Source of the DNA: Candidatus Obscuribacteraceae bacterium
Lineage (GTDB): Bacteria > Cyanobacteriota > Vampirovibrionia > Obscuribacterales > Obscuribacteraceae
Assembly (NCBI GenBank): GCA_044229845.1
Contig: JBGASG010000001.1
Location: 128,001 to 192,000, forward strand
DNA length: 64,000 nt
Reading direction: 5' to 3'
Below the pieces are notes generated by a model, which did no database searches, had not been told where the DNA came from, and saw only the letters and a list, made by a program, of their open reading frames with translations. The first letter of the stretch is position 1; every line of letters begins with the position of its first letter. Below are positions 28,766 through 37,109 of this stretch, one piece after another. The translations under genes were made by a program, and so were the position numbers.

Positions 28766-29398
28766 ATGCCGATTGGACTGACAAAAGAAGCGCAAGTGTT
28801 TAAGATGGTGACCATGAAACAGGGGACGCCACTCGAGCAATGCGAAGACGGAACGCTGGTTTCCATGACCTTGTCCGGCAACGGCAAGGCCTACGAGACG
28901 CTTTTGCGGCGCTACCAAAAACTGGTCTACAACGTACTGTTTCAAATGCTGCAAAACCATGATACCGCGGCTGATGTCACGCAAGAGACGTTCATCCGCG
29001 CGTATCGCGGTTTGTCAGGCTTTCGCCAGAGCGCGAGGTTCAAACCATGGTTGTTGAAGATTGCCACCAATGCCGGTCTCAATCAAATCAGACAATCGAA
29101 GATTCGCGAGTTCGAGTCGCTGGATGCTGTGCTCGACGAGAATCCGGCGGTGGAGCCGGCGAGCCGCGAAAACCTCGAAGAAGAGCTGGATCGGCGCTTT
29201 TCGCATGTGATGCTTGCCGATGCTCTGCGTGCGATATCTCCGCACAACCGGCACGTATTCGTACTGCGCTACCAACACGATTTGACGTACGCTGAGATCT
29301 CCGACATCGTCGATGAGCCGGAGACGACCGTCAAATCAACGTTGCACAGGGTAAGAGAGAAACTGAGAAAAATACTGTCGGAGAAGATACAGACTTGA
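28766..29398 (+). CDS. ECF RNA polymerase sigma factor
   Basis: AADVTQETFIRAY, FKPWLLKIATN, LTYAEISDIV, TVKSTLHRVREKL; true start may be a downstream ATG. Confidence 0.92.
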   Translation: MPIGLTKEAQVFKMVTMKQGTPLEQCEDGTLVSMTLSGNGKAYETLLRRYQKLVYNVLFQMLQNHDTAADVTQETFIRAYRGLSGFRQSARFKPWLLKIATNAGLNQIRQSKIREFESLDAVLDENPAVEPASRENLEEELDRRFSHVMLADALRAISPHNRHVFVLRYQHDLTYAEISDIVDEPETTVKSTLHRVREKLRKILSEKIQT

Positions 29399-29425
29399 GT
29401 CGAGTCAAGGTTCGAGGGGGTTCGT

Positions 29426-29836
29426 ATGGAAGATCAAACACAATCAGGAGAAGAGTGCACGCGCTACCGGTATGCGTTTGACGAATGCCGCGATGAGGCG
29501 TGGGCAGATGAGCACAAGCGTGGCTGCCCGGCATGCAACGCGTGGACCGCGCAATCGGTGCAGATAATGGATCTGGCTGCGGACATGCCGCAGTTTGATG
29601 TTTCGGAAGCGCTCACCCAACGCATTCTCAACGCCGTCGAATTGGAGCGTGCGGTGTCGCCACAGCGCGTGCCGTTGTACATCTGGCCGTCAGCGGTGCT
29701 GATGGCGGGGCTTCTGTTGACTGCGGTGCCGTACGAGACCATGGATGGCTTGCTGTCCTGGGTCTGCGGAATTGGTGCATTGGGAGTGGTGCAGTTTCTC
29801 GTGAGCACCAAATCAGGAGAGCAGGCGACAGTTTGA
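29426..29836 (+). CDS. Membrane-anchored zinc-binding anti-sigma factor (ZAS)
   Basis: HKRGCPAC (HxxxCxxC) and two C-terminal TM segments; directly downstream of the ECF sigma. Confidence 0.75.
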   Translation: MEDQTQSGEECTRYRYAFDECRDEAWADEHKRGCPACNAWTAQSVQIMDLAADMPQFDVSEALTQRILNAVELERAVSPQRVPLYIWPSAVLMAGLLLTAVPYETMDGLLSWVCGIGALGVVQFLVSTKSGEQATV

Positions 29837-29841
29837 TAACG

Positions 29842-30681
29842 ATGACGAAACGGTTTCTCCTCTCGCTATTCATGTTTCTCGCGCTGTCCCTGGCGGCGCT
29901 GACGACGCCGCCCAGTTTTGCGCAGACCGCGCCAGCCGAGCCCGCTTCCGCCACTCAAGACGCGCCGCCGACCGCAGCCGCCCCGCCCGCCAGTCCGGTG
30001 ATTCAATCTGCGCCATCATCCGTGCGCAACTTGTTTTACGCGTATCTCGGTGAACAGCCGGAGTCGTCAGCGGGACCGGTGGAGACCCTTGTCGTGGAGA
30101 AGATGTTTCCCGGCAAAACAATCGAGCAAACGCCTTTCGGGATGCAGAAGTACCGCCCGATGCTGCAACTTCGCTACTGGGCGAATCAACGGCAGCACTT
30201 TTTGCCGGCATTTGCTTTTTGCCTGGGCGCAGCGTCCATTCTCTGGATCCCTTTTGGGAAGAAACTCGAAGCAGCCGCTTCCATCAGCCGCAGCCGTTTC
30301 TGGCGTTCGTTGTTTGTAGGTGTCATGGTCTCGATGGTGACGCTGTTTCTCGCCAAACTATTTTTCGTTTCAGGCGTCGGTTGGCCGGCCGGCATCCTTA
30401 CTATCGCAATTCTTCAACTAGCCATGACCGGTGGTCTCGTCGTCATGACCAATATCATCGGCGAAGCAATTGCACGCGTACTGCGCCTCACGCATATCGG
30501 ATTCATAGCCGAGCGCCCCGTCGTCCAGCGCGGCGTTTTTCTAATTCTTGGCTCGGTCATCCTGGCCGGCATCATCCTCATACCGGGACCCGGCAAGCTG
30601 CCTCCGATCGGCACGCGTTTGATTATGCTCTTCGCGCTGGTTGGACTGGGTGCGCTCTACAAATCGCACTTCAAGCGCTAA
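29842..30681 (+). CDS. Multi-pass membrane protein with signal peptide
   Basis: Signal ending SFA|Q, about five hydrophobic segments; last gene of the sigma operon. Confidence 0.7.
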   Translation: MTKRFLLSLFMFLALSLAALTTPPSFAQTAPAEPASATQDAPPTAAAPPASPVIQSAPSSVRNLFYAYLGEQPESSAGPVETLVVEKMFPGKTIEQTPFGMQKYRPMLQLRYWANQRQHFLPAFAFCLGAASILWIPFGKKLEAAASISRSRFWRSLFVGVMVSMVTLFLAKLFFVSGVGWPAGILTIAILQLAMTGGLVVMTNIIGEAIARVLRLTHIGFIAERPVVQRGVFLILGSVILAGIILIPGPGKLPPIGTRLIMLFALVGLGALYKSHFKR

Positions 30682-31889
30682 TCGAGCAAAATCCGCGCAG
30701 CTTTGAACGCCGTAGCAATTGCATTCTTGTCGCCATTCTCAATGGCGGCGCGTAAAGAAACCAGCTGCGCCACCAATCCATCGACGGTGGCGACGACTTC
30801 GGACGAGTTGTCCAGCAGTATTTCCGTCCACAATTCATGCGGGCTGGCCATCAACCGCGACAACGACTGGAAGCTGGGTCCCGCCGTCGCGCGCAGCACG
30901 GAAAGTTTCTCCTCAGAGAGTTCTTCGACCAGACTGGCACCGAGCGCGGTGGCGACCAGTTGAACAATATGACTGATGCGGGCTGCGACTTCGTCGTGAG
31001 TGCGGGCGTCCATGACGTGCACGGCAAGACCCATCGCGTTGAGCCATCGAGACAACCGCAAGACAGAGAGTTCAGATGATTTGCTGGTGGGGGTCAGGCA
31101 GAAGGTCTTGCCGGCGACAACTACATCGCGCGAGCCGGCGAGTCCGCTTTTTTCGGTTCCGAAAAACGGATGACCGCCAATAAAGTCGGCGCCCCCCAGG
31201 TCGAGTTCGTCGGCGACCGCACAAATGGTCCCTTTGGTCGAACTGACGTCGACGACTACTTGATTCGGTCCGAGATGCGGAGCCAGCCGGCGCAACAACT
31301 CGACGTTGGCAGCAGGCGGCGCGCACAACAAAATCAGCGTTGCCGACGACGGCACTGATTCTATCGATGCGCTGGCATCGATCAGTTTCTCCTGAATGGC
31401 AGCTTGCAGCACTTCGTGCCGGTCGCAGCCGATAATGCGGCTCTCCGGCAAGACTGCTCGCATGCGTCGGGCAAGCGCCCCGCCGATTAAGCCAAGCCCG
31501 ACAATCATTACTTCGTTGAAGTAAATCGGCCCGGCGGCGACGCTGGTTTTGGCGACCTGCAGGTCGCGGCTCTGGGAGAGGATTGTCTGGTAGACAGCGG
31601 TGATTGCCGAGACGATGTCGCCGTCTTTGCTTACTTCTGAAATTCCGGCAAGCACTTGTTTTTCGCGTTCTCTGTCACGGACGGGAATGGCGGCGGCATT
31701 TTTGATGTCCGCGACCATCAAGGAGAGTTGCATCCGTTCTGAAAGAAGACGCATCAGAAGGGCGTCGACATGATCGATTCGGTTGCGAATCGAGCTGAGC
31801 GGTGTGTCTTCCGCTTTAGCTTTGGCATTGTCCTGGCTGGCTGCCTCGCCGGCGTTTGCTCTGGAGGCGCTCCACTCACTGTCTCCCAC
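30678..31889 (-). CDS. tyrA: Chorismate mutase (AroQ-type)/prephenate dehydrogenase fusion
   Basis: IRNRIDHVD..LMRLLSERM..K...VRDRERE; IVGLGLIGGALA, DVSSTK, GGHPFFGTE, HDEVAARISH, RLMAS..LW. Confidence 0.88.
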   Translation of the reverse strand: MGDSEWSASRANAGEAASQDNAKAKAEDTPLSSIRNRIDHVDALLMRLLSERMQLSLMVADIKNAAAIPVRDREREKQVLAGISEVSKDGDIVSAITAVYQTILSQSRDLQVAKTSVAAGPIYFNEVMIVGLGLIGGALARRMRAVLPESRIIGCDRHEVLQAAIQEKLIDASASIESVPSSATLILLCAPPAANVELLRRLAPHLGPNQVVVDVSSTKGTICAVADELDLGGADFIGGHPFFGTEKSGLAGSRDVVVAGKTFCLTPTSKSSELSVLRLSRWLNAMGLAVHVMDARTHDEVAARISHIVQLVATALGASLVEELSEEKLSVLRATAGPSFQSLSRLMASPHELWTEILLDNSSEVVATVDGLVAQLVSLRAAIENGDKNAIATAFKAARILLD

Positions 31890-31903
31890 GACTTATCTCC
31901 TCA

Positions 31904-32812
31904 TTACCGGCGAGCGGCTTGCTGGGCATGCTGCGGATGACGAAGCACGGCGACGTTGTCGCGGTGTTCGACTGCCGGTTGATCGACTTCGGCCACCGAG
32001 CGTCCGACAGCTTTGGCAATCGGGCGCAGGCTGGCTACCAGGGCGATCATGTCTTCCAGCGAGAGCGCCTGACGAGCGTCAGAAACGGACTCTTCCGGAA
32101 TCGGGTGACATTCGATCATGAGACCGTCGGCGCCGCAGGCGACAGCGGCGCGAGCCAGGTCGGCGACCAGTTCGCGTTTTCCGGCAGCGTGGCTGGGGTC
32201 GGCGATGACCGGCAGGTGGGTGAGTTGCTTGAGGGCAACTACAGCGCCCAGATCCAGGACGTTACGGGTGTAGGTGTCGAAGGAGCGGATACCGCGCTCG
32301 CAGAGGATGACGTTCGGGTTGCCGTGGGCGAGGATGTATTCGGCAGCCAGGATCATCTCTTCAATTGTGGCGGAGAGTCCACGCTTGAGCATGACCGGGG
32401 TCTGCACCTGACCGGCGGCTTTGAGGAGGTCGAAGTTTTGCATGTTGCGGCTGCCGATTTGCAGCATGTCGGCGTGCTGGGCGACCAGCTCGACTTTGTC
32501 GGGCGACATGACTTCGGTGACGGTGGGGATGCGGTGTTTGCGGCTGCAATCCGAAAGGATGGAGAGTCCGTTGTCACCCATTCCCTGGAAGGAGTAAGGG
32601 GAGGTCCGGGGCTTGAATACGCCGCCCCGCAGCATTTGAACGGGCGCTTCCGCCAGTTTGGTGGCGACGAGTTCCATCTGCTCGACGCTTTCGACTGTAC
32701 AGGGACCGCCGATGATGAGCAGCTGTTCCCCACCCACCACACAGTCTTCGCCGATGCGAATCTGGCTTACGTGGGTGGGGTTCTGTTTACTTGCTAGTTT
32801 TGCCTCTGACAC
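31904..32812 (-). CDS. aroF: DAHP synthase, type I-beta, catalytic barrel only
   Basis: [62 protein letters not shown] before GTG. Confidence 0.95.
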   Translation of the reverse strand: MSEAKLASKQNPTHVSQIRIGEDCVVGGEQLLIIGGPCTVESVEQMELVATKLAEAPVQMLRGGVFKPRTSPYSFQGMGDNGLSILSDCSRKHRIPTVTEVMSPDKVELVAQHADMLQIGSRNMQNFDLLKAAGQVQTPVMLKRGLSATIEEMILAAEYILAHGNPNVILCERGIRSFDTYTRNVLDLGAVVALKQLTHLPVIADPSHAAGKRELVADLARAAVACGADGLMIECHPIPEESVSDARQALSLEDMIALVASLRPIAKAVGRSVAEVDQPAVEHRDNVAVLRHPQHAQQAARR

Positions 32813-32861
32813 GGTGACACTCTCCTTTTCCTGAACTGAATTGAAAACTTCGTGGGTGCTG

Positions 32862-32897
32862 AAAAACGAACCCGGACCTTGCTTGCTGGGGTCCGGG
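32862..32897 (-). terminator. Attenuator terminator 2
   Basis: Minus strand CCCGGACC-ccagcaagcaa-GGTCCGGG followed by TTCGTTTTT. Confidence 0.85.
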
Positions 32898-32925
32898 CGG
32901 GTGGCATTTCTAAATGCGGCACTAC

Positions 32926-32988
32926 TTAACCCGGGAACCCCCTGGCAAAAAAGAAGTAGCCGTAAAACCAGTTGCGTTGCGTAGTCAT
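32926..32988 (-). CDS. Attenuator leader peptide 2: MTTQRNWFYGYFFFARGFPG
   Basis: ATG at 32988, TAA at 32926-32928; 7 of 8 consecutive codons are Trp/Phe/Tyr; 3' end can pair with the terminator 5' arm. Confidence 0.88.
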   Translation of the reverse strand: MTTQRNWFYGYFFFARGFPG

Positions 32989-33021
32989 AACTTCGTGAAT
33001 CTATCCTTTGCGAAAGGCTCT

Positions 33022-33055
33022 AAAAACGAAAGGACCGCAGAACTTGCTGCGGTCC
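33022..33055 (-). terminator. Attenuator terminator 1
   Basis: Minus strand GGACCGCAG-caagtt-CTGCGGTCC followed by TTTCGTTTTT. Confidence 0.88.
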
Positions 33056-33080
33056 ACCTGGAGTGCGTTGAGCTATCAGC

Positions 33081-33131
33081 TCATGCCAGGTGAACCTCAG
33101 GGAACCAAAAATAAAAGTAGGCGGTGGTCAT
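33081..33131 (-). CDS. Attenuator leader peptide 1: MTTAYFYFWFPEVHLA
   Basis: ATG ACC ACC GCC TAC TTT TAT TTT TGG TTC CCT GAG GTT CAC CTG GCA TGA; six consecutive aromatic codons. Confidence 0.9.
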   Translation of the reverse strand: MTTAYFYFWFPEVHLA

Positions 33132-33191
33132 TTTCGTTGTGATTCTCTATTTATGGCGTGTCGCGGCGCTTTTTCCGCAGCACGTAGACCC

Positions 33192-33220
33192 ATGGTAATT
33201 GCTGGGTTGGATTCGGTCAA
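33192..33220 (-). promoter_or_regulatory. sigma70-type promoter for the leader-aroF-tyrA transcript
   Basis: Minus strand TTGACC (33220-33215), 17-nt spacer, TACCAT (33197-33192), about 60 nt upstream of leader 1. Confidence 0.7.
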
Positions 33221-33234
33221 CCCAAATGTAACGC

Positions 33235-33309
33235 AAAAAGAAAAGGCATCCGCAGAACAAGCATAACTAATCGATTTCGATATTTAAGTTCATGCGAGAC
33301 TGCGGATGC
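33235..33309 (-). terminator. Long imperfect hairpin with U-tract, probably insulating the aroF promoter
   Basis: GCATCCGCAG (33246-33255)/CTGCGGATGC (33300-33309) with partial inner pairing; followed on the minus strand by CTTTTCTTTTT. Confidence 0.5.
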
Positions 33310-33551
33310 TGTAAAGACTACTGTAACAAGAAATCTTCCAGACGGGAAGCCGTTTTCGGATCAAAAATCCAGAATTTTTTGAGGGGAGATCCGATAAAGA
33401 TCGCATCCCGGGATTAACAACCGGCCACGTTAAGCCAGGCAAGCGGAAAAGCCATCTATTTATGTAAGTGACGAGACGGCTCCGGCGACAGCCAATGCCG
33501 CCCTTCGACGGCCGAGCGGGCCCATCGGAACCGGAAATGAGCCAGGAGAGC

Positions 33552-33707
33552 CTAGTGTCCAGCCTCGGATGCGGTGGTGTCTTCTTCGATGTTTTTGTCG
33601 GTGAAGAACACGCCGTGCGCGCCCATCATGCTCAGACCGATTACCCAGCCGCCCATAATGGCTAAAAGCCAGAACCACTGACCGGCACCTTGATGCAATA
33701 AATCCAT
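33552..33707 (-). CDS. Small single-TM protein (51 aa, MDLLHQGAGQWFWLLAIMGGW...)
   Basis: ATG at 33707 after AGGAAAAG; hydrophobic segment then acidic tail. Confidence 0.6.
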   Translation of the reverse strand: MDLLHQGAGQWFWLLAIMGGWVIGLSMMGAHGVFFTDKNIEEDTTASEAGH

Positions 33708-33879
33708 GTTTCTTTTCCTAGCTGGGGTATACCTACGTAGATTATGCCCTCTCGTGCGCATCTGCCCACCGACTGGCAGCCCGATTTTGCGGCATATGTA
33801 GCTCAGCCGCAGTCGGGGCGGCGGTGCGCAGAGAGTCCACAGGTTAGTGCCGCAATCGCGCACCACCTGTGGTGACGAA

Positions 33880-34194
33880 TTATGTCGATGGTGCCGGAGG
33901 CGTTTCATCGCTGGAGGGCGCCGGGGGCGCGGTCTCGGCGGACGGTTTCGCCACTTCTTCGGTGTCGGCGGAAGCAAACGCCGATTCGATAATCTTTGCC
34001 ATGTCACGAAACTCATAACCGAGCACCCAATATAGTCCGCACAGCATGCCGCGGCTGGAATGGTGCGCTATGTTTACCTTGTCCAGTGCAATCGGATCCA
34101 GTCTGTCCAATTGCTGAACCTGCTCAGATCGGTCACTGCCCTCGATACCGAGGAGTTCGATGATCTTGGTCTTGATTTCACTGTCGCTTCTCAT
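33880..34194 (-). CDS. Hypothetical protein (104 aa, MRSDSEIKTK...)
   Basis: ATG at 34194 after GAAGGG; helical core (GMLCGLYWVLG) and Pro-rich tail. Confidence 0.6.
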   Translation of the reverse strand: MRSDSEIKTKIIELLGIEGSDRSEQVQQLDRLDPIALDKVNIAHHSSRGMLCGLYWVLGYEFRDMAKIIESAFASADTEEVAKPSAETAPPAPSSDETPPAPST

Positions 34195-34381
34195 TACAAC
34201 CGCCCTTCCGGCACCACGTGCAATAGTTTCTCTTTGTTCATTATAAACATCTGAGATGCCAGGTGAGCCTGCTGGCGACCATTCCATATATATGCTCGTA
34301 CTTAACAACTTGCTAAAACGCCCGCTTGAACGCCTGTGCTATAAAAGACCAGTCTTTACAGATCCAAAGGGGATGAAGTCG

Positions 34382-35485
34382 ATGAGATTCAGATCCAAAG
34401 AATTGCTGCCAGTGCTCGCCATTACCTTGGTCGGCGCCAATTCAGCGGCTGTTGCAGGTCCACAATCGGTTTTGGACCCTTATGCCAGCATTTCGGCACC
34501 GGCCGAGCTTCCGACCACCAAGCAGCAGCAAAAGCTGAAAGAGAAGCTGAAGAAACAGAAGAAGCCGCAAATGGCTCAAGAATTGTATGCACCACAGACG
34601 GTGCAAGAACAACCGACCACCGTCATGCAAACTCCGACGACGGTGATTCAAGAAACCCAGCGCCCCAAGCAAGCGAAAGCGGCTCCGGCGGCAACGCAAT
34701 CTACTCAAGCGGCAGCCCCGGCTTCGGTCGGTGGTGGCGGTAGTGACGACCCCAGCTTCCTCGGCGGTGCCAAGCAAATGACCGGTGCCATGGTCAACAG
34801 CACCAAGCAAGTCGGCTCTGGTATCGCTAACGGTGCCAAGTTCGTGGGCGGCGGTTTCATGAGCGGCGGTAAGAAGGCCGGCGGCGGCATCATGAGTGGT
34901 GCCAAAGCAGTCGGACATGGCTTCGCGGTTGCCGGCGGCAAGGTCAAAGACGGAACTATCGGCGCAGGCGAGAAAGTCGCCGGCGGCGCCAAAGCGGTCG
35001 GTTCGGGCATTGCCTCTGCCGGAGAAAAAGCCAAAGACGGCGGCGGTCACATCGGCTCCAAGCTGGTGGCTGTACCCAAAGCGATCGGCAGCGGACTGAA
35101 AGTCGGCGGCGAGAAATTTGTTGACGGCACCAAGGCTGTCGGCGGCGCCATCGCCGGTGGTACCAAGGCCGTGGGCGGCGCTGTCACCGGCGGCACCAAA
35201 GCCGTAGGCGAGAAAGTAGCTGACGGCACCAAAGCGGTGGGCGGCAAGGTTGCAGACGGCACGAAGGCAGTCGGCGGCAAGGTTGCCGACGGCACGAAGG
35301 CTGTCGGCAGCGGCGCCGTAGCGGCTGGCGATAAAGCCAAAGGCGGAATGGGCGGCGCAGTCGCCGGCACCGGCAAAGCAATCGTCGCCGTACCCGGCAA
35401 AATGATCGGCGGCTTGTCTAAGCTCAACCCCTGGCACAAGAAAGATGGTCAGGTCGCCATGCCTCAAGGCAAAGACACCCACTAA
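34382..35485 (+). CDS. Secreted Gly/Ala/Lys-rich protein with 11-residue repeats (GTKAVGGKVAD)
   Basis: Signal-like LLPVLAITLVGANSAAVA; repeated G[TA]KAVG with 11-aa spacing. Confidence 0.8.
   Translation: MRFRSKELLPVLAITLVGANSAAVAGPQSVLDPYASISAPAELPTTKQQQKLKEKLKKQKKPQMAQELYAPQTVQEQPTTVMQTPTTVIQETQRPKQAKAAPAATQSTQAAAPASVGGGGSDDPSFLGGAKQMTGAMVNSTKQVGSGIANGAKFVGGGFMSGGKKAGGGIMSGAKAVGHGFAVAGGKVKDGTIGAGEKVAGGAKAVGSGIASAGEKAKDGGGHIGSKLVAVPKAIGSGLKVGGEKFVDGTKAVGGAIAGGTKAVGGAVTGGTKAVGEKVADGTKAVGGKVADGTKAVGGKVADGTKAVGSGAVAAGDKAKGGMGGAVAGTGKAIVAVPGKMIGGLSKLNPWHKKDGQVAMPQGKDTH
35124..35310 (+). repeat. Degenerate 33-bp tandem repeat (GGCACCAARGCNGTNGGC...)
   Basis: About six copies visible within the 11-mer protein gene. 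Confidence 0.75.
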
Positions 35486-35566
35486 TCCGGTACAAGCCGG
35501 CTAACTGAATTGACGCGCGCGTTGGCACTCGCGCCACGCACGGACACGCGTATCGAGTAGGTGGAC

Positions 35567-35947
35567 TCAGTGCACCGCTTTGGCGGTGGTGGCACCGCCG
35601 GTGCCGGGGCTAACGGCGCTGGCGCCTTCGACTGCTTCGTGAAAGGTCAGGTAGCTCTTGCCGTCGAAGACGGTGGTGTCCATCTCGCGTGAGTGCGCTT
35701 TCTTAAATGCGTCGCTGTGCACCCAGGCTTTGAAGGCGGCTTCGTCTTCCCAGCGGGTCAAAACCTGATATTCGTTGCCGCATGATTCGGGGGCGCTGCC
35801 CATGACCATGCGGCTTCCGGGTTTCAGAACATCGAGGCTGTGAAACCCGGGCTGATGCTCGACACTGCGGTCGCGCTCGCGAAACATCTTCTCGAAGTCG
35901 GCTTCCCGTCCCGCTTTCACCGGGATGTGATTGATTGATATGAACAT
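35567..35947 (-). CDS. ABM-family monooxygenase, IsdG/HmoA-like
   Basis: MFISIN (Asn), FEKMF, QPGF, TRWEDEAAFKAWVHSDAFKKAH (Trp, His): Asn-Trp-His triad of IsdG-type heme oxygenases. Confidence 0.75.
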   Translation of the reverse strand: MFISINHIPVKAGREADFEKMFRERDRSVEHQPGFHSLDVLKPGSRMVMGSAPESCGNEYQVLTRWEDEAAFKAWVHSDAFKKAHSREMDTTVFDGKSYLTFHEAVEGASAVSPGTGGATTAKAVH

Positions 35948-35963
35948 GATGCGAACCTGTCCT

Positions 35964-36539
35964 TTACTGCGGGCTCTGCACGACTTTGTAGCCGGCGGGA
36001 ATAGCGAACACCGAGGCGTCCGGCGTTTTCATGGAAACGCTCTTCAACGTCATCGTGGTGGTGCCTTGCGGGGTTTTCGTAATGGACTTGACTGCGGCTT
36101 CCAGGTCGGTGGCAAGCCAGGTTTCGGTGCTGGTGTTGTTGGTCGACGAGTAGAGCCAACCCTTGCACGGATGCCCGTCGATCACCTTATTGCCGAGCGA
36201 CTTCGCCTGCAGTTTCTTCGCTGCCTCGTCCGTCATGATGTTGCCTTGCTGAGCGGGCATCCTCATTTTGTAAACCGTCTTCTGGGCGTCCATGATTGAG
36301 TACATGACCTTGCCGGGATAGTCTGCGACAGAGGTGATTTTCATGTTGGCGACCGTTTGCTGTGTCAGCACTTTGCCCTTGCCGTCGCTGGCCATGCGCA
36401 TCTGCGATGCACCGGTCGGGGTTGTCATGGCATAGGTTAAATCAAATGCTTTAGTCGGATAGTCGACTGCCAGAGCAGCCAGACCGCTGCTTGCCGCTGC
36501 CGTCACCAGGGTCGCCACCAGAAGTTTTGCCGCCTTCAT
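35964..36539 (-). CDS. Secreted beta-rich protein (DUF4412/LolA-like)
   Basis: Signal peptide; LGNKVIDGHPCKGW, ETWLA and C-terminal DASVFAIPAGYK. Confidence 0.7.
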   Translation of the reverse strand: MKAAKLLVATLVTAAASSGLAALAVDYPTKAFDLTYAMTTPTGASQMRMASDGKGKVLTQQTVANMKITSVADYPGKVMYSIMDAQKTVYKMRMPAQQGNIMTDEAAKKLQAKSLGNKVIDGHPCKGWLYSSTNNTSTETWLATDLEAAVKSITKTPQGTTTMTLKSVSMKTPDASVFAIPAGYKVVQSPQ

Positions 36540-36636
36540 TTCTAAGTCCTCGCTGGGAAGCCAATATTTTAGCCACTTGGCAGAAGATTGTGAGGCTCAC
36601 ACACACGGAAGCCGTCGATATCCACAAAAGGACATT

Positions 36637-36660
36637 CCTGGCACCAGATATGGTGCCAGG
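36637..36660. repeat. Intergenic palindrome, copy 1 of core GGCACCAGATATGGTGCC
   Basis: CCTGGCACCA-GATA-TGGTGCCAGG, 10-bp stem. Confidence 0.8.
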
Positions 36661-36683
36661 CTAGAGATGGTCCATTGTCCTGC

Positions 36684-37109
36684 CTACATCGAGGAAGCCA
36701 GTCTCAGGCGTTCGCCTTCGATGATGGTTCCAGCGCGTCCTTCGCTGCGCGGGAATTCGCGTCCGCGCTGCAGCAGTTGCTTCTCGTAGCTCTCCGGATT
36801 GAAGATCGAGCAGAAGTACTCGATAGCGGCGTCTACGTCGAAGTCACGGCAGGAGAAGATATCCAGTGTGACGAATCCCTTGTCAGGGAAGGTGTGGATG
36901 GAGATATGGGACTCGGCAATGAGCACCACTCCACTAACACCCCAGTCATCTGGGACAGCTCCACTGTATCTGAACACGTACGGAGGCATTATCTTCGTCA
37001 TGTCCAGTTGGTCGGGATAGGCGTCCAAGGCTTGGGAGACCAGATTCAGATCTGCCAATTTTTCCTTGTCGCAACCGTATGCCTCGAGAATAAGATGTGG
37101 TCCAAACAT
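36684..37109 (-). CDS. speD: Pyruvoyl-dependent S-adenosylmethionine decarboxylase proenzyme
   Basis: GPHLILE, GVSGVVLIAE|SHISIHTFP autocleavage motif, DIFSC. Confidence 0.9.
   Translation of the reverse strand: MFGPHLILEAYGCDKEKLADLNLVSQALDAYPDQLDMTKIMPPYVFRYSGAVPDDWGVSGVVLIAESHISIHTFPDKGFVTLDIFSCRDFDVDAAIEYFCSIFNPESYEKQLLQRGREFPRSEGRAGTIIEGERLRLASSM

Noticed and set aside
31856..32797. 313-aa plus-strand ORF opposite aroF, and similar long antisense ORFs (10620-11609, 34442-35482, 45380-46345, 52002-52934)
   Set aside because: Shadows of GC-rich coding strands with no recognisable motifs.
32862..33131. T-box riboswitch explanation for the aroF leader
   Set aside because: No T-box consensus (AAGGTGGNACC) or Stem I motifs found; aromatic-codon uORFs explain the structure.
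35124..35310. 33-bp periodic repeats as CRISPR or a mobile repeat
   Set aside because: Variation is mainly at third codon positions, so it is a protein-level repeat.
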